Assembly: GCA_965223325.1 (NCBI GenBank)
Contig: CBDCWI010000002.1
Coordinates: 1,024,001 to 1,088,000, forward strand
Reading direction: 5' to 3'
Origin: Candidatus Multivoradales bacterium
Lineage (GTDB): Bacteria > Acidobacteriota > Thermoanaerobaculia > Multivoradales > Multivoraceae
DNA length: 64,000 nucleotides
The notes beneath the pieces were generated by a model that was not told where the DNA came from, searched no databases, and saw only the letters and a list, made by a program, of their open reading frames with translations. Every line of letters begins with the position of its first letter. Position 1 is the stretch's first letter. The position numbers and the translations under genes are program-made. Of this stretch, positions 53,151 to 61,166 are shown piece by piece.

Positions 53151-54236
53151 ATGAGCGTAGAAGCACCCAGCACCCAGACCGAAGCCCTCGGCGACGTCGT
53201 CCGCCGCGAGATCGAGCGTACCTTGATGCGCGCGCGCGGTGGCCTGCAGTACCTGACGACCGGCGACCCGGTGGTCGGCGCCACCCCCCGCGACGTCATC
53301 TGGAAGCGCGGCACGCTGCAGCTGTACCACTACCACGCACGCACCGACGAGGTGTACCGCACGCCCCTCCTGCTCGTGATGTCGCTGATCAGCAAGCCCT
53401 ACATCCTCGACCTTGCACCGGGCCAGAGCCTGGTCGAGTTCCTGCTCGACTCCGGCTTCGACGTCTACATGATCGACTGGGGCGTACCCCGCCCGGAAGA
53501 CAAGCGCCTGACGCTCGAGAGTTACATCCTCGAGCGCATTCCCGAAGCCATCGAACACGTCCAGGAGCACAGTGGCGAAGAAGACATCTCGATCGCCGGC
53601 TACTGCATGGGCGGCATGCTCTCGGCGATGTACGCCTCGCTGCACCCCGAAGGGCCACTGCGCAACCTCGCCTGCTTCACAACCCCAGTCGACATGGACG
53701 GCATGGGGCTCTTCAAGTCGTGGACCGACCCAAAGCACTTCGACGTCGATCGCATCGCCGATCGCCTGGGCAACGTGCCTCCGGCTCTCCTCTACGCCTC
53801 GTTCAACGCCCTGCGGCCGGCTTCACAGGCGGCCGGCCGCATCAGGCTGTGGGACAACATGTGGAACGACGAGTTCGTCACCTCCTACCGCCGCTTTGAT
53901 CGCTGGGCAGCCGACCAGATCCCCTTCCCCGGCGAGTGCTTTCGCCAGACCACCAAGGAGCTGCAGCAGGAGAACCGCTGGTTCAAGGGCGAGTTCAAGC
54001 TCGATGGTCGTCCGGTGCTGCTCGAGGACATCAAAGTTCCCCTCCTCCACGTCATGGCCGAGCACGATCACATCGTGCCCTATGAGGCCGGCAAACCCCT
54101 GGTACCGCACGCCGGAAGCGACGACAAGGAAGACATCGTGATGAAAGGTGGGCATGTGAGTCTGGTGGCCGGACCGCGTGCCAAGGGTCGCCTGTGGCCG
54201 ACCCTCGAACAGTGGCTCGGGGAACGCTCCGAGTAG
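53151..54236 (+). CDS. phaC: Class III/IV-type PHA synthase PhaC
   Basis: 361 aa with PYILDL.PG.SLVEFLL..GFDVY.IDWG, lipase box GYCMGG, AEHDHIV (Asp) and GGHVSL (His). Confidence 0.88.
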   Translation: MSVEAPSTQTEALGDVVRREIERTLMRARGGLQYLTTGDPVVGATPRDVIWKRGTLQLYHYHARTDEVYRTPLLLVMSLISKPYILDLAPGQSLVEFLLDSGFDVYMIDWGVPRPEDKRLTLESYILERIPEAIEHVQEHSGEEDISIAGYCMGGMLSAMYASLHPEGPLRNLACFTTPVDMDGMGLFKSWTDPKHFDVDRIADRLGNVPPALLYASFNALRPASQAAGRIRLWDNMWNDEFVTSYRRFDRWAADQIPFPGECFRQTTKELQQENRWFKGEFKLDGRPVLLEDIKVPLLHVMAEHDHIVPYEAGKPLVPHAGSDDKEDIVMKGGHVSLVAGPRAKGRLWPTLEQWLGERSE

Positions 54237-54299
54237 CCTTGGCACCAAGCAACGAGCACACTGAGAACGTTGGCAACATTTTCGAACGAGAGGCATGGA

Positions 54300-54908
54300 A
54301 TGAGTAGCGGCACCCAGCAGACCAGCGACCTTCCGCGACGCGTTGAAGTCGGCAGCGAGGAGGTCGAGTTCCGCCTGATGACGCGCCAGGACAAGGACGC
54401 AATGCTCGAGTTCGCGCGCGCCCTCCCCCGCCACGACCTGCTCTTCCTGCGCCGTGACATCACCCAGCCGGAGGTCGTCGAAGCCTGGGGAGACGAGATC
54501 GAGCAGGGAATCCTGTCGACCATTCTGGCGGTCGCCGGAGACGGCTCGCGGGTTCTCGGCTACGCCACACTGCACCGCTCCGACCTACGATGGTCGGCGC
54601 ACGTCGCAGAACTGCGGATCGCGGTAGCCGAGGAAACTCGGCGCAGTGGCCTCGGCCGACTGCTCACCCAGGAGATCTTCCGCCGCGCCCTCGAGCTCGG
54701 CGTCGAGAAGATGGTCGCCCGCATGACGCTCGACCAAAAGGGTGCGATCTCGGTGTTCGAGAGCCTTGGCTTTCGCCCGGAGGCACTGATGCGCGACCAC
54801 GTCAAGGATCTCGACGGCCGCGCCCACGACCTGGTGGTGATGAGCCTGGCGGTCGCCGAGTTTCACAACACGCTCGACGCCTACGGGGTTTCGGAGGCTC
54901 TGACCTAG
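54300..54908 (+). CDS. GNAT family N-acetyltransferase
   Basis: RRSGLG, FESLGF, HDLVVMS. Paralog of 48623-49189. Confidence 0.88.
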   Translation: MSSGTQQTSDLPRRVEVGSEEVEFRLMTRQDKDAMLEFARALPRHDLLFLRRDITQPEVVEAWGDEIEQGILSTILAVAGDGSRVLGYATLHRSDLRWSAHVAELRIAVAEETRRSGLGRLLTQEIFRRALELGVEKMVARMTLDQKGAISVFESLGFRPEALMRDHVKDLDGRAHDLVVMSLAVAEFHNTLDAYGVSEALT

Positions 54909-55173
54909 GTTCGAAAGCCGGGCAAATTACAAGTTTTGCTAGAATATTGATGTGCGATGCGATCGAAATCGCAATCTCGCAGAACGGCGCAGAATCCATG
55001 CACAGTGGGCTCGAACGCCCAAACGGCCCCCACCTATCGAGGCTCATCGATTGACCCTCACCGAGGAGCCCCGGTACCTTTCGGCCCAGATCCCCACCCC
55101 TAGAAGGCCTCCACAGACCGTACGACCGATTCGCTTTCGATACCCCTTCGGCTCCGCGCAGAAAGGCCACCCC

Positions 55174-56049
55174 TTGACCGACAACCCAGAGAAACCGGCT
55201 GAGGCTGGACCGACTCCTCCGTCTCGGCTGCTGGCGCTCTCGGAAGGCCGCGCGCTCCTCGAACTAGGGTGGTTCTTCCAGAACTTGCCCCTTCTCGGGA
55301 CCGCCCCCAAGGGTAACGGTCATCCGGTTCTGGTCCTGCCTGGCTTCCTCGCCTCGGATCTGTCGACGGCTCTCATGCGGCGCTATCTCAAGAGCCGCGG
55401 CTACCGGGTGCACGCCTGGAAACTGGGGCGCAACCTCGGTCTACGACCGGGTGTCGAAACCCGGCTGGTCCGTCGCCTGCGCTCGACCTACTGGCAGTCG
55501 GGCGAGAGGGTCAGCATCGTCGGCTGGAGCCTCGGCGGCATCTATGCCCGCGAGCTTGCCCGCCGTCACCCCGAGATGGTGCGCCAGGTCATCACCCTGG
55601 GCAGCCCATTCAATCTCTCTTCAGAGGCGAACCACGCCTTCGCGCTCTACAAGATGTTGCAGCGCCCGACGGATATCGCCGTCCACGAAGAAATGTTCCG
55701 CCGCCTGCGCGACCCGCTTCCGGTTCCAGCCACCGCCGTCTACAGCCGTACCGACGGCGTGGTGGCGTGGGAGTGCTGCCTCGACACCGCCAGCGCCATC
55801 GCCGAGAACGTCGAGGTCTTCGGCAGCCACTGTGGCCTGGGCCACAACCCCATGGCGCTGTGGGTGGTCGCCGACCGCCTCGCACAAAGCCAGGAGAACT
55901 GGCAGCCCTTCGAGCGCCGCGGCGTCTTGAGCCTGCTCTACCGCGAAGCTCCAGCGAGTGCCGAAGAGGCCCTCGAAGCGCCTCATGAGTCGACCCTCGG
56001 CTGGCTGCGCGATCGGCTCGAAGCAACCCGCGTGGCTCTTGCCAGCTAG
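55174..56049 (+). CDS. Alpha/beta hydrolase (lipase/esterase)
   Basis: VLVLPGFLASD, GWSLGG, ITLGSP, YSRTDGVVAW, GSHCGL. TTG start inferred. Confidence 0.85.
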   Translation: MTDNPEKPAEAGPTPPSRLLALSEGRALLELGWFFQNLPLLGTAPKGNGHPVLVLPGFLASDLSTALMRRYLKSRGYRVHAWKLGRNLGLRPGVETRLVRRLRSTYWQSGERVSIVGWSLGGIYARELARRHPEMVRQVITLGSPFNLSSEANHAFALYKMLQRPTDIAVHEEMFRRLRDPLPVPATAVYSRTDGVVAWECCLDTASAIAENVEVFGSHCGLGHNPMALWVVADRLAQSQENWQPFERRGVLSLLYREAPASAEEALEAPHESTLGWLRDRLEATRVALAS

Positions 56050-56198
56050 GGCCGCCACCGCGCGGCCGTCTAGAGAACCTGGCGCATAACGACCGACGAG
56101 CCGTGACCGCCCACGGCGGAGGACCGGCGCCGCGCCATCTGGCAGCGCCGGGAACCGAACCCGCACCTCGCCAGTCTGAAGGCGATGGAGGACCCACC

Positions 56199-57539
56199 AT
56201 GGCCAGACTGCGCCCGAAGCACATCGCACTTCTCGTAGCGCTTCCTTACTTCGTCCTTTTCCTTCCCGCCCCGCTTGCGAGTCAAGATCTCGAAATCACC
56301 GGTGCCACTCTGCTGGATCCGGCGACCCAGCTGGAGACCGAGGCAACCCTGTGGATCCGTGCCGGCAAGATCGTCGCTGTGGGCGGGCCCACACCGGCGG
56401 ACTGGAGAGGCGCAACGCTTGACGCCCGTGGTAAGTGGGTGATTCCCGGGCTTCGTGACTTTCACGTGCACACGCTCTCGAACCGCGCCTTCGACGAACG
56501 CGAGCACCCCAACACGACTGGCATCGCCAAGCGCGCTCTATATGCCGGCGTGTTCGGTTTTCTCGATCTGATGCACACCGAAAAGTACGTCCTGGACCTC
56601 CGAGACCAACAGCGCGAGAACCCCAATGAGGTTCCGGGTGCCGAAATCTTCGCAGCAGGCTCGGCCTTCACGGCACCAGATGGCAGCCGGCGCCAGAACT
56701 ACCGGCCCGTACGCCTGGTGACGACCCCCGACGAGGCACACGCCGCGGTGGTCGAATACGCCGTGAAGAATCCCGATGTCATCAAGGTCATCTACCAGCC
56801 GATGACCGACGAAGAGCGAGAGAAGAGTTGGCGACCGCCGCCGCCCTCGATCGACAAGCGGAGCCTCGCGGCACTTCTAGCGGCAGCCCAGGAGCATGAC
56901 CTTCGCACCGTCGTGCACGTGCGTACCTGGGGGAACGTGGCCGATGCCGTCGAAGCGGGAGCGTCGGCAATCACGCATGTGCCCGATGCCGGGGTCGTCC
57001 CGGCACCGGTCCTGGCTGCGATGCGCGCGCAGGAGACCGCAGTCATACCGACGCTATCCGTGGCAGACCCGGCGCTCATCATCCAACCCGAGCTGCTGAA
57101 CTCGCCCCTTGCACGAGCCGTCACCAGTGGCGAGATTCTCGACTCCTACAAGAGCCAGGACCCTGGAGGACCGCTCGCTCGGGGACTCTCCCGAGCGCAG
57201 GCAACGCGCTTCGAGACGATCCGCCAGTTTAGAGAAGCCGGAGTGCCGATCGTTGCTGGGACCGACGCCGGAAACCCGCTCACCCTGCACGGCTACTCGC
57301 TACACCGAGAGCTCGAGCTCTACGTCGAGGCAGGCCTCTCCACGTGGGAGGCGCTGGCAACCGCAACCGTCAACGCCGGACGATTCGTCGGACGCAGGTG
57401 GGGACTGTCGGTCGGCGACGAGGGATCCGTACTGGTGCTCAACAGTTCGCCGGTAGAGAGGATCACCAACACGCAGGACATCGCGGCCATCGTGCAACGC
57501 GGTGAACTCGTAGCGCGCGAAGAGCTTCTCGACCAGTAG
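56199..57539 (+). CDS. Secreted amidohydrolase family protein
   Basis: Signal peptide, WVIPGLRDFHVH, DVIK, VVH, ITH, AGTDAG, GGAGG RBS. Confidence 0.88.
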   Translation: MARLRPKHIALLVALPYFVLFLPAPLASQDLEITGATLLDPATQLETEATLWIRAGKIVAVGGPTPADWRGATLDARGKWVIPGLRDFHVHTLSNRAFDEREHPNTTGIAKRALYAGVFGFLDLMHTEKYVLDLRDQQRENPNEVPGAEIFAAGSAFTAPDGSRRQNYRPVRLVTTPDEAHAAVVEYAVKNPDVIKVIYQPMTDEEREKSWRPPPPSIDKRSLAALLAAAQEHDLRTVVHVRTWGNVADAVEAGASAITHVPDAGVVPAPVLAAMRAQETAVIPTLSVADPALIIQPELLNSPLARAVTSGEILDSYKSQDPGGPLARGLSRAQATRFETIRQFREAGVPIVAGTDAGNPLTLHGYSLHRELELYVEAGLSTWEALATATVNAGRFVGRRWGLSVGDEGSVLVLNSSPVERITNTQDIAAIVQRGELVAREELLDQ

Positions 57540-57631
57540 CCGTCGCGAAGCGCCAGCCAGGCTTGCTTAGACGCCAAACGAACGGTGGGTCCCGGGCCCG
57601 GGACTCGAGCGAGCGAAGCGAGCAAGCGACT

Positions 57632-59014
57632 CCTGCCCAACCGGATCGCGCTCGGCATAGGCCGCAGAAACACCCCAAGCGCTAGACAAGGGTTCCAACG
57701 AAGCCTAGAATCCGCCGCGCGCGACGAAACGTCGCAGGCCGATGACACGACTGCAGGGCGGCCGCGCCGGAATACGGCCCGCGCAGCGGACCGCTTGCGC
57801 GGCAGATGTAACGTCTAGCGACCCCGTGGTAACGACGTCACCCGGACACGACGCCACAACCCCGACACTAGATCCCGCCCAACCCGATCGCGCCCCACAT
57901 AGGCCGCAGAAACACCCCAAGCGCTAGACAAGGGTTCCAACGAAGCCTAGAATCCGCCGCGCGCGACGAAACGTCGCAGGCCGATGACACGACTGCAGGG
58001 CGGCCGCGCCGGAATACGGCCCGCGCAGCGGACCGCTTGCGCGGCAGATGTGACGTCTAGCGACCCCGTGGTAACGACGTCACCCGGACACGACGCCACA
58101 ACCCCGACACTAGATCCCGCCCAACCCGATCGCGCCCCACAAAGGCCGCTGAAACAACCGCAAGCGCTAGACAAGGGTTCCAACGAAGCCTAGAATCCGC
58201 CGCGCGCGACGAAACGTCGCAGGCCGATGACACGACTGCAGGGCGGCCGCGCCGGAATACGGCCCGCGCAGCGGACCGCTTGCGCGGCAGATGTGACGTC
58301 TAGCGACCCCGTGGTAACGACGTCACCCGGACACGACGCCACAACCCCGACACTAGATCCCGCCCAACCCGATCGCGCCCCACAAAGGCCGCTGAAACAA
58401 CCGCAAGCGCTAGACAAGGGTTCCAACGAAGCCTAGAATCCGCCGCGCGCGACGAAACGTCGCAGGCCGATGACACGACTGCAGGGCGGCCGCGCCGGAA
58501 TACGGCCCGCGCAGCGGACCGCTTGCGCGGCAGATGTGACGTCTAGCGACCCCGTGGTAACGACGTCACCCGGACACGACGCCACAACCCCGACACTAGA
58601 TCCCGCCCAACCCGATCGCGCCCCACAAAGGCCGCAGAAACAACCGGTTCCAACGGAGCCTAGAATACGGCCCGCGCAATCGTCACCCGGACACGACGCC
58701 ACAACCCCGACACTAGATCCCGCCCAACCCGATCGCGCCCCACAAAGGCCGCTGAAACAACCGCAAGCGCTAGACAAGGGTTCCAACGGAGCCTAGAATC
58801 CGCCGCGCGCGACGAAACGTCGCAGGCCGATGACACGACTGCAGGGCGGCCGCGCCGGAATACGGCCCGCGCAGCGGACCGCTTGCGCGGCAGATGTGAC
58901 GTCTAGCGACCCCGTGGTAACGACGTCACCCGGACACGACGCCACAACCCCGACACTAGATCCCGCCCAACCCGATCGCGCCCCACAAAGGCCGCAACCA
59001 CGGGGTCGCTAGAC
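57632..59014. repeat. Tandem array 2: five 242-243-bp units plus a 117-bp deleted unit, with an inverted terminal arm
   Basis: CTAGCGACCCCGTGGT occurs at 57815, 58057, 58300, 58543 and 58903. The reverse-complement arm is at 58997-59014. Confidence 0.95.
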
Positions 59015-59788
59015 AATGGTCCAGCCGCCGTCGACGGCGATTGTCTGGCCGGTGACGTAGCTCGACGCATCCGAAGCGAGAAAAAGGAGGGCACCGTTGA
59101 GCTCGTGGGGCTCGCCGGCGCGCCCCATGGGAGTGCGCTTTCGTATCCAGGTTTTGCCGGTGTCGCTGTCGAACATCTCGCTGGTCATCTCGGAACGAAA
59201 CCAGCCGGGAGCGATCGAGTTCACCCGGATTCCACGCCGCGCCCATTGGGCCGCAAGCTCACGGGTCATGTTGACGACACCCGCCTTCGAGGCCGTGTAG
59301 GACGCCTGGGGAATCTGCCCAGCGCCAACGAAACCGAGAATCGAAGCGATGTTGATGATCGAGCCCGTCCGGGCGTCTTCTGCATACTGGCGCAACATCT
59401 CCTGCGCTGCCCGCCTCACGCACAAGAAGACCCCGGTGAGGTTGACGCCCACCACATGCTCGAAGGTCTCGCGGGTCTCGAGCTCAGCGGGCATTGGCGC
59501 CGAGACGCCGGCGTTGCTGACCAATACGTCGAGTCGGCCCCAGGTGTCGATGGTTTGCCGAACCATCGCATCGATCTGCTCTTCGTCGACGACGTCGCAG
59601 GCGATGGCCATGACCTCCGCGCCGCCCTCCCGCAGGCGACCGGCCAGTTGCTCGAGGCGATCCAGGCGGCGCGCTGCCACCACCACCCGAGCTCCCGCGC
59701 CGGCGAGCGTCTCGGCGAAGGCCACTCCGAGGCCCGAGGAAGCGCCCGTCACGATGGCGACGCGCTCGTCGAGCCGAAAGTTGTCCAC
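59009..59788 (-). CDS. SDR family oxidoreductase
   Basis: TGASSGLG, SNAG, YTASK, VNSIAPG, VDGG. Confidence 0.93.
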   Translation of the reverse strand: MDNFRLDERVAIVTGASSGLGVAFAETLAGAGARVVVAARRLDRLEQLAGRLREGGAEVMAIACDVVDEEQIDAMVRQTIDTWGRLDVLVSNAGVSAPMPAELETRETFEHVVGVNLTGVFLCVRRAAQEMLRQYAEDARTGSIINIASILGFVGAGQIPQASYTASKAGVVNMTRELAAQWARRGIRVNSIAPGWFRSEMTSEMFDSDTGKTWIRKRTPMGRAGEPHELNGALLFLASDASSYVTGQTIAVDGGWTIV

Positions 59789-60474
59789 TAGCGCTGTTCA
59801 GGAGGTGAGGGGAAGGCGAACCGCACCAGGGTCGCCCCGGTTTGGCTCTCGACAATCGAAACCTCCGCGCCACTGGCGCGCGCCGCACCAACCGAGGCCG
59901 CCAGCTCGGGAACCGTGTCGACGTCGGCACCGGCGCGCAGACCGCCGTCGACCAGCGGCAGGGGGGCCGCGATGTCGATTGCCGCACCCTCGCTACCATC
60001 CGCCGTTTCGATGTCCCCGACCTGCACGAACAAGGCGTGGTTCTCGGGAGCTGTCTCGACTGCTTGACGACAAAGGCTCATGACCGCTCGAAAGAGCGGA
60101 GCCGAGGCCCCCCAGGCCAACCGGACCTGTGGCGGGTACTGCGCGTTGATCACCACCCCGTCGGCGAACAACACTTCACGGCGTTTCTGCAACCCCTTGA
60201 CGAGATACTTGAGGTCGATCACGACGCGCTCACCGACGCCCGAGGTGCTCTGCTGACTGAGCACGTCCACGACGTTGATGGCGGTGTGCGTACCCTGGAC
60301 GATCGAATCGAGCATTCCGATCGCCGTTTCATCCAGACGACTGCGGTCGAGCAGCTCAGCGTTGAGCAGTACCTGGGCAAAGATGTTGTTGAGGTGATGA
60401 GCGGCGCCAGCGACCTGAAGGCCAAACGATTCGCGGTCGTCCTCGAGGTTCTGGGCTTGCGGCTGGTCGGTCAT
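59788..60474 (-). CDS. Degenerate histidine-kinase-like protein (H-box kept, ATP-binding boxes lost)
   Basis: AGAAHHLNNIF H-box. The N-box reads RAVMSLCRQA, and no DxGxG or GxGLGL is present. Confidence 0.65.
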   Translation of the reverse strand: MTDQPQAQNLEDDRESFGLQVAGAAHHLNNIFAQVLLNAELLDRSRLDETAIGMLDSIVQGTHTAINVVDVLSQQSTSGVGERVVIDLKYLVKGLQKRREVLFADGVVINAQYPPQVRLAWGASAPLFRAVMSLCRQAVETAPENHALFVQVGDIETADGSEGAAIDIAAPLPLVDGGLRAGADVDTVPELAASVGAARASGAEVSIVESQTGATLVRFAFPSPPEQR

Positions 60475-60666
60475 GGGGCTCCCATCCGATTTCGGCGCGG
60501 CATCTCAGTCCGATCCAACTCCAGGAGAACAACCCGAAATGGTTGATTTCCCAGGCGAGGTAGACACCCACCGTGTGCGCCGATCAAAGATTCAGTGGAC
60601 TTCGAACATATTACAAAAACTCCCTCTTCAACACTTTTTGGGCCACTGTCCCAGGCAGAGGGACCC

Positions 60667-61136
60667 TCAGGGCTTCCGCGGTGACCGTAGGCGAACGACG
60701 CGCGCACCCCGGCCACCGAGCCGCTTCGGCGCTTCGACGTGCTCGGCAACGAGGCCATGTCGGTCGAGAATCGCCTCCACACTCCGCGCCAAGACGGCAG
60801 TGCCCTTGCCGTGTACCACCAACAGGTCCCGGAGGTCGTCGCTCTTCGCGCTCTCGAGAAAGCGCAGGAGGGCGTCTCGCGCTTCTTGGCGGGTTTTCCC
60901 ATGCAGATCGATCGTGGCGGCGACTGTGAAATCGCGGCGGCGAATGTGCTTATCGAGTCTTGGACCCCCGCGCTCGCCCGCTTCCCTTCGGCCGCCACGC
61001 CGCGCGCCTGGCGGCTCGCCGCCCTCGAACTTCTGCTTGCGGGCGGCCGATCTGGAAGCACCGAGGGACTCGACGCCCGCTCGAAAAACTCGCGCTCGCT
61101 CAACTCCTCGGGTTCATCTGAACCTGCTGCGCTCAA
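60667..61136 (-). CDS. Smr domain protein, frameshifted near 61075-61088
   Basis: Manual translation of 60960-60667 gives TIDLHGKTRQEARDALLRFL..LLVVHGKG..LGGRGARVVRL. The N-terminus from TTG 61136 is in a different frame. Confidence 0.8.
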
Positions 61137-61166
61137 GAGCGCCCGCCTGGCCCGCCAGGGATCATC

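Noticed and set aside
52739-53166. Phe/Leu-rich antisense ORFs (also 50725-51087) as membrane proteins
   Set aside because: They are reverse complements of the AAG-rich lysine tails.
57705-59012. Repeated 60-117-aa ORFs in array 2 (and similar ones in array 1) as peptide or RiPP precursors
   Set aside because: No RBS, frames are not conserved between the homologous arrays, array 1 unit lengths vary by 1-2 nt, and no modifying enzymes are nearby.
47634-59014. CRISPR or other repeat-spacer array interpretation of the two tandem arrays
   Set aside because: Units are about 250 bp, the variable parts are homologous to each other rather than unique spacers, and no cas genes are present.
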